Assembly (NCBI GenBank): GCA_019413925.1
Contig: DXMY01000031.1
Location: 5,427-69,426, forward strand
Length of the DNA: 64,000 bases
Source of the DNA: Collinsella sp.
GTDB lineage: Bacteria > Actinomycetota > Coriobacteriia > Coriobacteriales > Coriobacteriaceae
Direction of reading: 5' to 3'
The position numbers were made by a program, and so were the translations under genes. The notes under the pieces were generated by a model. That model worked only from the letters and a program-made list of their open reading frames with translations, was not told where the DNA came from and did no database searches. Shown in pieces: positions 1 through 8,123 of this stretch (positions within the stretch are counted from its first letter, which is position 1; each line of letters opens with the position of its first letter).

Positions 1-1
1 G

Positions 2-1345
2 CAGCGCGCCTACTTTAAGACGCACGCTACGTTTGATGTCGATGCTCGCCGCCGCGCACTGGTGCGCCTGCGCGATGCGGTTCGTGCGCACGAGGGCGAT
101 ATCGCCCATGCGCTCAAGACCGATTTGGGAAAGTCGCATGACGAGGCATATATGTGCGAGATCGGCACGTCGCTTTCCGAGATTCGCCATCAGATTGCGC
201 ATGTGGCCCGATGGAGCCGCCCACGCCTGCGCCCCTGCGACCTCGCCAATGCCATTAGTGTGTGCAAGACGCAAGCCGTGCCCTATGGCGTCACGCTCAT
301 CATGGCTCCGTGGAACTACCCGTTTTTGCTGACGCTCGAGCCACTCGCCGGTGCCCTTGCCGCGGGCAATACTGTGGTCATCAAGCCGAGCGCCTATGCT
401 CCGGCATCGAGCGCGGTGCTCAGGCAGATTTGCGAAGAAGCATTTGATTCGCGCCTGGTGACGGTCGTCGAAGGCGGGCGTGCCGAGAATAAGGCGCTGC
501 TCGATGAATGTTGGGACAAAATCTTCTTTACCGGTAGTGTTCCGGTCGGCAAGCTCGTCATGGAGCGCGCGAGCAAAAACCTCACGCCCGTGACGCTTGA
601 GTTGGGCGGCAAGAGCCCCTGCATCGTGGATGCGACGGCAAACTTGAAGGTCGCGGCGCGGCGTATCGCCTTTGGTAAATGGCTCAACGTGGGGCAGACC
701 TGCGTGGCGCCCGACTACCTGCTGGTCGATGCGCGCGTGCACGACGAGCTGCTGGGCCTCATCAAGGAGGAGGTCCGCCGTATGTTTGGCGAGCATCCGC
801 TCGATAACGAGGACTACGGGCATATCGTCAACGCCAAGCATTTTGCGCGCGTGTGCGGGCTGATCGATCCCGATAAGGTCGTGCTTGGAGGTACCGCGCG
901 CGAGGCTTCGCTCAAGATCGAGCCGACGATTTTGGACGGCGTGTCCCCCGATGACGCCGTGATGCAGGAGGAAATCTTCGGCCCCATCTTGCCAGTGCTG
1001 ACGTTTGAGAGCCTTGACGAGGCCGAGACGTTTATTACGGATCGCCCGACGCCGCTGGCTCTGTATATCTTTAGCCAGGACCGTGCGGCTCAGCGGCGCT
1101 TTATGCGCTACGTGCCCTTTGGCGGAGGCTGCGTCAACGACACGATCATGCACTTGGCTACGAGCCATATGGGCTTTGGCGGCATGGGTGCGAGCGGTAT
1201 GGGGCAGTACCATGGCCGCGAGAGCTTCGATACGTTTAGCCACAAGAAGAGCATCGTGAACAAGGCAACCTGGCTGGACGTGCCGTTTCGGTATGCGCCC
1301 TACGCAAGCTGGAAGCACAAATTCGTGCGCATGTTTGTGCATTAG
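2..1345 (+). CDS. Aldehyde dehydrogenase, class-3 type (5' end outside window)
   Basis: The frame stays open back to nt 2 (QRAYFKTHATFDVDARRRALVRLRDAV...). ALDH hallmarks are LELGGKSP (catalytic Glu region) and GQTCVAPDY (catalytic Cys). GC3 is high. Confidence 0.9.
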   Translation, partial: QRAYFKTHATFDVDARRRALVRLRDAVRAHEGDIAHALKTDLGKSHDEAYMCEIGTSLSEIRHQIAHVARWSRPRLRPCDLANAISVCKTQAVPYGVTLIMAPWNYPFLLTLEPLAGALAAGNTVVIKPSAYAPASSAVLRQICEEAFDSRLVTVVEGGRAENKALLDECWDKIFFTGSVPVGKLVMERASKNLTPVTLELGGKSPCIVDATANLKVAARRIAFGKWLNVGQTCVAPDYLLVDARVHDELLGLIKEEVRRMFGEHPLDNEDYGHIVNAKHFARVCGLIDPDKVVLGGTAREASLKIEPTILDGVSPDDAVMQEEIFGPILPVLTFESLDEAETFITDRPTPLALYIFSQDRAAQRRFMRYVPFGGGCVNDTIMHLATSHMGFGGMGASGMGQYHGRESFDTFSHKKSIVNKATWLDVPFRYAPYASWKHKFVRMFVH

Positions 1346-1467
1346 AATCAGATGGCGTAGCGACAAACGGTCGAAAGGCGCAGGCGGGATGAATTTGTGT
1401 CCGCACGAGTTCGTAGACTTCTCAATAAGGTTAAGCGCCGGTTTATCTGGCCGTTAGGGGAGTTGCT

Positions 1468-1794
1468 ATGTACGAGCCTTCACGTGTTCTTCTGTCATTT
1501 CACATTGCAGGATTTCAGTATGCCGATGGCGCTTTGGTCCTAGGCGATCTTAAAGCGGGCGATAAACTGACGCTGTGTGCCGAGCGCGATAATCCCCATG
1601 ACCCCGAGGCAGTTGCGATCTACTATGGCAAGACCAAACTTGGCTACGTTCCGGGAAACGAGGTCGGCCCACTGTCCTTGATGATGTATTACGGCCACGA
1701 GGACGTATTTGAGGCCCGTGTGCAACAGGTTGCCCCCGAGCGCAGCCCGTGGCATCAGGTGCGCGTTGGGCTCTACGTGGTGGATGCTCGCTAG
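1468..1794 (+). CDS. Stand-alone HIRAN domain protein
   Basis: 108 aa. HIAGFQY..., ERDNPHDPEAVAIYY and KLGYVP blocks match the HIRAN fold signature. ATG follows GGGGAG. Confidence 0.7.
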   Translation: MYEPSRVLLSFHIAGFQYADGALVLGDLKAGDKLTLCAERDNPHDPEAVAIYYGKTKLGYVPGNEVGPLSLMMYYGHEDVFEARVQQVAPERSPWHQVRVGLYVVDAR

Positions 1795-1800
1795 TCGGCA

Positions 1801-1992
1801 ATGGAGGCTGCCATGTTTGATGACGATGACCTGTTTGATCTGGCAGATGATCCGTTTGAGTGGGATGTGCTACTCGATGACGATGAGCTGGAACAGGACC
1901 GTAAGATGCGGCAGGACAAGAAAACTCAGGGTGACGCTTCGAAAAAGCAAGACAAGCGCCGCCGCGGACTGTTCGGCGGGCTCTTTGGATAA
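1801..1992 (+). CDS. Small highly acidic protein with basic/GLFGGLFG tail (hypothetical)
   Basis: Starts 7 nt after the HIRAN stop. The internal ATG at 1813 has GGAGG 5 nt upstream. Sequence is MFDDDDLFDLADDPFEWDVLLDDDELE... then KKQDKRRRGLFGGLFG. No recognisable family. Confidence 0.4.
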   Translation: MEAAMFDDDDLFDLADDPFEWDVLLDDDELEQDRKMRQDKKTQGDASKKQDKRRRGLFGGLFG

Positions 1993-2058
1993 CCGCCGCA
2001 TCGCTACGTCTGTATACTTAGCACGAGTTGAACACGTTGCGAAATGAGGGCATAGACG

Positions 2059-2604
2059 ATGATGTGGTTTACCGCCGACCTGCACCTGGGCGATACGAAT
2101 ATCTTGCACGACATGGATCGACCGTTTGATTCAGTCGAGGAGATGAACCGTAAGGTCGTCGATGCCATCAATGAGTGCGTGGCGGCGGACGACCGCCTCT
2201 ATATCCTGGGAGACTTTACGTATCGCTTGCCCATGGCGGAGGCGGTGCGCCTGCGCGAGCGCATCGAATGCCAGAACGTGACACTCATCCGTGGCAACCA
2301 TGACGGCGACTGGGAAGATTCCGGCGCACCGCAGATTTGGGAAGACGTGCGCGATTACCTGGAGATTGCTCCCGGCTATGCCAAGGGCCATCGTCTGGTT
2401 ATGAGCCACTACCCCATGCTCAGTTGGAATGGCAAGGCGCGTGGCGCCATCATGCTGCACGGGCATATCCACAGCAGGGGAGACCGCACCAACGCGCGCA
2501 ACCGCGATCGCGAGCGCCCTATCTTTCGCTACGATGTCGGTCTCGATGCCAACGACTACAAGCCCGTAAGCCGAGACCAGATCTTGAGCTTCTTTGGACT
2601 GTAG
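2059..2604 (+). CDS. Metallophosphoesterase (calcineurin-like)
   Basis: FTADLHLGD, LGDFTYR, RGNHDG and HGHIH metal-ligand motifs appear in the canonical order. Confidence 0.85.
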   Translation: MMWFTADLHLGDTNILHDMDRPFDSVEEMNRKVVDAINECVAADDRLYILGDFTYRLPMAEAVRLRERIECQNVTLIRGNHDGDWEDSGAPQIWEDVRDYLEIAPGYAKGHRLVMSHYPMLSWNGKARGAIMLHGHIHSRGDRTNARNRDRERPIFRYDVGLDANDYKPVSRDQILSFFGL

Positions 2605-2627
2605 CTGCAAGTGCAGGTAGAATGAAC

Positions 2628-2659
2628 GCGCCGTGTGGATGGTCTGCACGGCGTGTTTT
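2628..2659 (+). terminator. Hairpin plus T-run after the phosphoesterase gene, just upstream of the antiterminator gene
   Basis: GCGCCGTG (2628-2635) pairs with CACGGCGT (2647-2654), 7/8 bp, followed by GTTTTA. Confidence 0.45.
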
Positions 2660-2677
2660 AGTAGGAGCGATGATTCC

Positions 2678-3514
2678 ATGAGGGCTGTCCAGCGCATTAA
2701 CCACAACGCTGCCATCTGCGAAGACGGCGCGGGGCGCCAGCTCATCGCGTTGGGTCGCGGTATCGGCTTTGGCGATATGCCGCACGATGTCGATTTGGAT
2801 GTCGTCACCCGCACCTTTTACGGTATCGATTCCAAGTACCTGGCGTTTATCGACGAAGTTGATCCCGAGGTGCTGGAGTTTTCCGCCCAGCTGGCCGATA
2901 TCGCAACTGGGCAACTTTCGTACGAATTGAGTCCCAATCTGCCCATTACGCTGGCAGATCATATCCAGTTTGCCATTAAGCGCGCCCGCGAACATATGGT
3001 GGTGTCGTTGCCGCTCAAGCGCGATCTGGAGCAGCTGCATCCTATTGAGTATCGATTGGGCGAGCTAGCCGTTCGCGGCATTAAGAAAACTTTTGCCATT
3101 CGCATGCCCCAGAGTGAGGCCGCGGGCATTGCCATGTCGATTATCAATGCGGCGATTAAGCCGAGTGAGCGGCGCGTGCTTGCCGAACAGCACGAGGAGC
3201 ATCTGCTCGACATGACGGTTGCAATTATTCAAGAAGAGTTGGGTGTGACGGTCGACCGCTCGTCGTTTGCCTTTACTCGCTTTGCCACCCATGTGCGCTA
3301 TCTGCTCGACCGCGTGGCAAAGAAAGAGCCGATTGATACCGAGAACTCAGGTCTCTACGACGTGCTCGTGGAGCAGTATCCGGCGGCATCGCGCTGTGCT
3401 CATCGTATCGACGATCTGATTCAAGAGGCCTTTGGCGAGCCATTGGCCCAAGAAGAGCTCGTCTATCTGATCATGCACGTGAATCGCGTGGCCCCCACCA
3501 GCCTGGATAGATAG
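2678..3514 (+). CDS. BglG/LicT/SacY-family PRD transcription antiterminator
   Basis: N-terminal CAT-like MRAVQRINHNAAICEDG...LIALGRGIGFG is followed by two PRD-like halves. AGGAG lies 10 nt upstream of the ATG at 2678. The track ORF starts earlier, at 2633. Confidence 0.88.
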   Translation: MRAVQRINHNAAICEDGAGRQLIALGRGIGFGDMPHDVDLDVVTRTFYGIDSKYLAFIDEVDPEVLEFSAQLADIATGQLSYELSPNLPITLADHIQFAIKRAREHMVVSLPLKRDLEQLHPIEYRLGELAVRGIKKTFAIRMPQSEAAGIAMSIINAAIKPSERRVLAEQHEEHLLDMTVAIIQEELGVTVDRSSFAFTRFATHVRYLLDRVAKKEPIDTENSGLYDVLVEQYPAASRCAHRIDDLIQEAFGEPLAQEELVYLIMHVNRVAPTSLDR

Positions 3515-3628
3515 GGGGTCTCTGGCGCCCCCTTTCCGTTATGGCGACCGTTTGCGGGCCGTTTGCTACCGTTCATCGGTAATCTGAGCCGCAGCGAACG
3601 CATCTGCCGCATATACTCGCCGTGTGTT

Positions 3629-3718
3629 GGGTGTTACTCACGGCGCAGCTCCGAGAGGCACTACCGATTCTGCCGAGGCCATTATTGGGTCTCTGTCGGT
3701 TGTGCGCGGGGCTTTTTT
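3629..3718 (+). promoter_or_regulatory. Candidate RAT element overlapping an intrinsic terminator in the PTS leader
   Basis: GGGTGTTACTCACGGCGCAGC resembles the RAT words GGATTGTTACTG...GCAGGC. Composite stem is GCTCCG(3648-3653)/CGGGGC(3707-3712) + GCAC/GTGC + ACCGA/TCGGT, followed by TTTTTT (3713-3718). The left arm overlaps the RAT-like word. Confidence 0.45.
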
Positions 3719-3857
3719 CATGTCGATCCACCCGGGAATCACATGCAATGAAATCTCTTGCCAACGGATATCGCGTGCTGCGCAGGCGCGAGCGGAATCG
3801 TGCGTCTTGATGCTGTGAAGGCCCACAGACCTTTAGTTGGAAGAGAATGGATTCGAC

Positions 3858-5306
3858 ATGGCTGTCGATAACAAGAAGATTGCCGAGGACGTGCTTGCTG
3901 CCGTCGGCGGCGCCTCCAATGTGACGAACGCGACGCACTGCATGACCCGTCTGCGTCTGAACCTTAAGGATCAGTCCATCCCCAATGACGATGAAGTTAA
4001 GAAGATCAAGGGTGTTCTGGGTGCCCAGTGGTCTGGCGGCCAGTATCAGGTCATCATCGGTCAGAACGTACCGAAGGTCTACGACGCCGCCATTGCGCTG
4101 GGAGTTAAGGGCGAAGGCTCCATTGACGAGAACCTCGATGGCGGCACCAAGGAGCCGCTGACGCTCAAGACTGCGGGCAACAAGATCCTCAACTATCTCT
4201 CCAAGACCATGGTCATGACGATCCCCATCATCATGGGTGCTGCCATGTTCCGTACCATCGCTGTGGTTTGCGGTGACGGCATGCTCGGTATTTGGTCTGC
4301 CGACTCCGACATCTACAACTTCTTCTACAGCTGGATTTATAACGCTGGCTATTATTTCCTTCCCGTTTATTTGGGTTGGGCTGCTGCGAAGCAGCTTGGC
4401 TGCAGCCAGCCACTCGGCATGATGCTCGGCGGTGTGCTCATTGCTCCTGAGTTCATGACGTTGGTCAACGCTGCGGCGGATTCGGGCGTAACGACCACCA
4501 TGGTCTACGGCGTGCTGCCGGCCCAGCTGAACAACTATTCCTCCACCGTGCTCCCCATGGTTCTGTCCATGCCGGTGCTTATGGTCGTCGAGAAGTTCAT
4601 GAAGAAGGTCGTTCCCGACATGCTCTCTACGGTGTTTGTACCCGTGGGCACCATGGCCGTTATGATCCCCGTTTCGTTGTGCGTGCTGGCTCCGATCGGC
4701 TCCATCCTGGGCAGCATGGTCGGCAACTTTATGTTCGGTCTCGGTAACGCCGGCGGCATCGTCACCATCCTCTCCCTCGTCGTCATTGCCGCACTTTGGG
4801 AGTTCCTGGTTATGACCGGTATGCACCAGGTCCTGCTTGCCCTTGGTATTGTGCAGCTGCTCACCCTGGGCTCCGACTCCTGCGTTATGGTCGCGGCCGG
4901 TATCTCTCAGTTCGCTACGTGGGGCATGGCCTTCGGTGCCTTCCTGCGCCTTAAGGAGACCGACGAGAAGGGCGCCATGCTCGGCTTCTCGCTCTCCGGT
5001 ATCGTGGGCGGCGTGACGGAGCCCGCATTGTATGGCTGTGGCTTTAAGTACACTCGCTGCCTGGGCGCCATGGTTGCCGGCGGTGCTATCGGCGGTTTGA
5101 TCGCAGCCCTCACCAATGTGACAACGTATGTTCTGGGCGCGACCAATATTCTGGGCGTCACCGGCTTTGTTGCCGGCGGAACGGCTAATCTCGTCTGGGG
5201 TTGCGTTGCATCGGGCGCTGCATTTGTTGCCGCCGCTGCCATCGCCTACCTCTTTGGCTTTAGCAAGGATCAGCTCGAGGAAGATGTTGATGCCGCTAAG
5301 GCTTAA
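3858..5306 (+). CDS. PTS EIIBC component, glucose/beta-glucoside (Glc) family, no EIIA domain
   Basis: EIIB phospho-Cys motif NATHCMTRLRLNLKD, then about 10 hydrophobic segments (EIIC). First in-frame ATG is at 3858. The track uses TTG at 3837. Confidence 0.9.
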   Translation: MAVDNKKIAEDVLAAVGGASNVTNATHCMTRLRLNLKDQSIPNDDEVKKIKGVLGAQWSGGQYQVIIGQNVPKVYDAAIALGVKGEGSIDENLDGGTKEPLTLKTAGNKILNYLSKTMVMTIPIIMGAAMFRTIAVVCGDGMLGIWSADSDIYNFFYSWIYNAGYYFLPVYLGWAAAKQLGCSQPLGMMLGGVLIAPEFMTLVNAAADSGVTTTMVYGVLPAQLNNYSSTVLPMVLSMPVLMVVEKFMKKVVPDMLSTVFVPVGTMAVMIPVSLCVLAPIGSILGSMVGNFMFGLGNAGGIVTILSLVVIAALWEFLVMTGMHQVLLALGIVQLLTLGSDSCVMVAAGISQFATWGMAFGAFLRLKETDEKGAMLGFSLSGIVGGVTEPALYGCGFKYTRCLGAMVAGGAIGGLIAALTNVTTYVLGATNILGVTGFVAGGTANLVWGCVASGAAFVAAAAIAYLFGFSKDQLEEDVDAAKA

Positions 5307-5335
5307 GACATCTGTTTAGGTAGGATAATTACCTG

Positions 5336-5362
5336 GGGCACTTGGCTACACTCCAAGTGCCC
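5336..5362 (+). terminator. Perfect 10-bp hairpin between EIIBC and chbG (weak terminator or processing site)
   Basis: GGGCACTTGG / CCAAGTGCCC with a 7-nt loop, followed by GTTTCC only (poor U-tract). Confidence 0.3.
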
Positions 5363-5384
5363 GTTTCCATAGATTGGAGTCGTT

Positions 5385-6149
5385 GTGAAGCAATTGCTTA
5401 TTCGTGCCGATGATCTTGGTTATTCGTACGCCGTTGACTTGGGGATCGCCCGTAGCGTCAACGAGGGCTTGGTGCGCTCAGCGGGCCTTATGCCAAATAT
5501 GCCCGAGGCCGAGCGTGGGTGGTCGCTCGTGGCGGATGCCGATATTGCAGTGGGCCAGCATACCAACGTGTGCCTGGGCAAGCCGTGTGCCGACCCGGCG
5601 CTCATCCCGAGCATGCTCAACGAGAACGGCGAGTTCCATAGCAGCCGTACCTTCCGCGAGCATTTTAAGCGCGGCGAGGAGCTGATAGACTTCGACGAGG
5701 CCTGCATCGAGATTCGTGCGCAGCACGACCGCCTTGTCGAGATTGTGGGCCGCGAGCCCGATTACTTTGAGGCCCATGCCGTCATGAGCAAAAATCTTAA
5801 CCGAGCGATCTCGACGGTTGCTCAGGAGCTGGGCCTTAAGGAGCAAAAGGCAAGCTTCGACCCGACGGCGGTGGTGCGTTGCGGAGATACCGACCTGCGC
5901 ATGGTGATGCGCTCGATGGAACCGGGCTACGAGCCCAAAGAGGCAATCATGCAGACAGTTCGCGAGATGTCCGACGGCGAGACGGTCGTCTTTGTGTGTC
6001 ACCCGGGCTATCTCGATCGTTTTGTCCTTGAGAACAGCTCGCTTACGGTCGATCGTGCCAAGGAAGTCGATGCGTTGACCGATCCTGAGCTGCGCGCTTG
6101 GCTCGAGTCTCAACCCGATCTTCGCCTGATCGACTACCGCGACCTGTAA
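5385..6149 (+). CDS. chbG: ChbG/YdjC-family carbohydrate deacetylase
   Basis: LLIRADDLGYS... N-terminus is typical of YdjC/ChbG, with HTN and CHPG blocks. GTG start. Confidence 0.8.
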   Translation: MKQLLIRADDLGYSYAVDLGIARSVNEGLVRSAGLMPNMPEAERGWSLVADADIAVGQHTNVCLGKPCADPALIPSMLNENGEFHSSRTFREHFKRGEELIDFDEACIEIRAQHDRLVEIVGREPDYFEAHAVMSKNLNRAISTVAQELGLKEQKASFDPTAVVRCGDTDLRMVMRSMEPGYEPKEAIMQTVREMSDGETVVFVCHPGYLDRFVLENSSLTVDRAKEVDALTDPELRAWLESQPDLRLIDYRDL

Positions 6150-6194
6150 AGACCCAAACCACTACAAGGGAACAGGCACCTTTGTGGTGGCTCT

Positions 6195-6229
6195 GGCGCC
6201 GTTGCCATTATGGCGGCGGCGCCTTTTTT
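6195..6229 (+). terminator. Intrinsic terminator after chbG
   Basis: GGCGCCGTTGCCA / TGGCGGCGGCGCC stem (11/13) followed by TTTTTT. Confidence 0.6.
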
Positions 6230-6287
6230 GTCCGCGCGGCGCGGTAGAGTGTAAGCGGTTGAAATTTGCGTCCATCGAGGAGCTGCT

Positions 6288-8045
6288 ATGAACGAGATCA
6301 AGTGCCCGCATTGTGGCGAAGTTTTTAAGGTCGATGCGTCTGGCTATGCGGACATCGTCAAGCAAGTGCGCAATGCCGAGTTTTCGCGCGACCTGGATGA
6401 GCGTGTGAAGGCAGTCCAGCGCGAGGGCGAGCAGGCGCTGGAGCTTGAGCGCTCGCGTTCGACGGCTGCCTTGCAAAAGGCAGATTCTCAGCGCAACGCT
6501 CAACTTGTCGAGCAGAAGAACGCCGCGGAGCAGAAGCTGGCACAAGAGGTTGCCAAGCGCGACGCTGAGCTTGCCGAGCTGCGCGCCAAGCTCGAGGGCG
6601 CTGCCACAGAGCGCGAGAGCGCAAGTCAGCGCGCGGCGGTTGAGGCCCGTGCCGATGCTCAAAAGGAAAACGCCGAGCTTCAGCGAGAAATCGACAATTT
6701 GCGTGCGCAGCTGGAGCGCAAAGATGACGAAGCCAAGCTCGTCGAGTCGGTGGCGCGCAATGCTGCTCAAAACGATTTGGCTGCACGTGATGCTCAGATT
6801 GCCGAGCTGCAGGCCAGGCTTGCCGCGGCGGACAAGGCCCAGGAGATGGCGCTTGCCGCTGCCGCGGCAGAGTCGCAGCGCGAGCTCGATGCTGCTCGCG
6901 GTGAAGCTGAGCGCGCGCTTGCTGACTACCGCGCGACGGTACAGGAGAAGTTTTCCGCCGCAAAGGCGCAATCTGAGCAAGAGGCCGAGGGTCTGCGTGC
7001 CCAGTTGCGCGAGCAGGAACTGATGGCAAAAATGAACCTGTCGGAGGCGGTCGCCGCGGTGGAGCGAGAGCGCGATGAGGCACGTGCCAAGCTGACGAGC
7101 GAGCTGGCGGTGCGCGATTCTCGCGAGGAACAGGCCAAGGCGGCACACGAGCTCGAGCTTGCGCAGGCCAAGCGCGCGAGCGATGACCTGATTCGCTACA
7201 AGGATGAAGAGATTGAGCGCCTTAAGGACATGAAGGTCCGCCTGTCCACCAAGATGGTGGGCGAGTCGCTCGAGCAGCACTGCGAGACCGAGTTTAACCG
7301 TCTGCGCATGACGGCGTTTCCTAACGCGTACTTCGAGAAAGACAACGATGCGTCCGAGGGTACCAAGGGCGACTTTATCTTCCGCGAGTGCGACGCGAGC
7401 GGCAACGAGGTCATTTCGATTATGTTCGAGATGAAAAACGAGAACGACGAGACTGCGACCAAGCACAAAAACGAGGACTTCTTTAAGAAGCTCGATCACG
7501 ATCGTCGCCAGAAAGGCTGTGAGTACGCGGTGCTCTGCACGCTACTCGAGCCCGAGAGCGAGCTCTATAACGCAGGGATAGTCGACGTGAGCTATCGCTA
7601 CGAGAAGATGTACGTGATTCGCCCACAGTTTTTCATTCCCATGATTACACTTCTTCGCAACGCCGCCATGGGTTCGCTGCGCTATAAGCAGGAGCTGGCG
7701 GAGTACAAGCAGCAGAATATCGACGTCACGAACTTCGAAGCCAAGATGGAAAAGTTCAAGAACGATTTCGGCCGCAACTGCGAGATCGCGAGTCGCAAGT
7801 TCCAAACGGCAATCGATGAGATCGACAAGACGATTGGCCATCTGCAGAAAACCAAGGAGGCGTTGCTGTCCTCCGAGAACAATCTGCGCCTTGCCAACAA
7901 GAAAGCCGACGATCTTACCATTCGCAAGCTCACATGGGGCAACAAGACCATGAAGGCGGCGTTTGACGAGGCACGCGGGGCTGCGACGGAGACAAACGAT
8001 GAGCCCGCCGAGGCGGATTCATATGAGGTCGAGGATGCCGAGTAA
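6288..8045 (+). CDS. DUF2130-type protein: Zn-ribbon + long coiled coil + PD-(D/E)xK-like C-terminal domain
   Basis: [13 protein letters not shown] start. About 300 aa of A/E/R/Q-rich heptad-like sequence. C-terminal GDFIFRE ... [10 protein letters not shown] fits a D...ExK nuclease motif. Confidence 0.8.
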   Translation: MNEIKCPHCGEVFKVDASGYADIVKQVRNAEFSRDLDERVKAVQREGEQALELERSRSTAALQKADSQRNAQLVEQKNAAEQKLAQEVAKRDAELAELRAKLEGAATERESASQRAAVEARADAQKENAELQREIDNLRAQLERKDDEAKLVESVARNAAQNDLAARDAQIAELQARLAAADKAQEMALAAAAAESQRELDAARGEAERALADYRATVQEKFSAAKAQSEQEAEGLRAQLREQELMAKMNLSEAVAAVERERDEARAKLTSELAVRDSREEQAKAAHELELAQAKRASDDLIRYKDEEIERLKDMKVRLSTKMVGESLEQHCETEFNRLRMTAFPNAYFEKDNDASEGTKGDFIFRECDASGNEVISIMFEMKNENDETATKHKNEDFFKKLDHDRRQKGCEYAVLCTLLEPESELYNAGIVDVSYRYEKMYVIRPQFFIPMITLLRNAAMGSLRYKQELAEYKQQNIDVTNFEAKMEKFKNDFGRNCEIASRKFQTAIDEIDKTIGHLQKTKEALLSSENNLRLANKKADDLTIRKLTWGNKTMKAAFDEARGAATETNDEPAEADSYEVEDAE

Positions 8046-8065
8046 GGCATAGCAGATAGCGCAAA

Positions 8066-8101
8066 AGCGGGGCCGCTGGCGATATTGCCAACGGCCCCGC
8101 T
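8066..8101. terminator. Bidirectional terminator between convergent genes
   Basis: Perfect 10-bp stem AGCGGGGCCG / CGGCCCCGCT, flanked by AAAA upstream and TTGTTT downstream. Confidence 0.6.
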
Positions 8102-8123
8102 TGTTTCGCTCCAGTATGTTCGG

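Noticed and set aside
3515-3540. Terminator immediately after the antiterminator gene (GGGGG...CCCCC + TTT)
   Set aside because: It has only a 5-bp G/C stem with a poor interior and a 3-nt T-run. That is too weak to call, and the stronger RAT-overlapping terminator at 3648-3718 explains regulation.
6162-7499. 445-aa minus-strand ORF
   Set aside because: It is antisense to the coiled-coil region of the DUF2130 gene, and its Leu/Arg-rich repetitive translation mirrors the Ala/Glu codons opposite. Other long ORFs rejected on the same logic: 8085-9038, 9294-10118, 16232-17164, 17536-18822, 29103-29969, 43784-45004, 45583-46482, 48741-50192, 52360-53286, 59981-60832 and 61760-62401.
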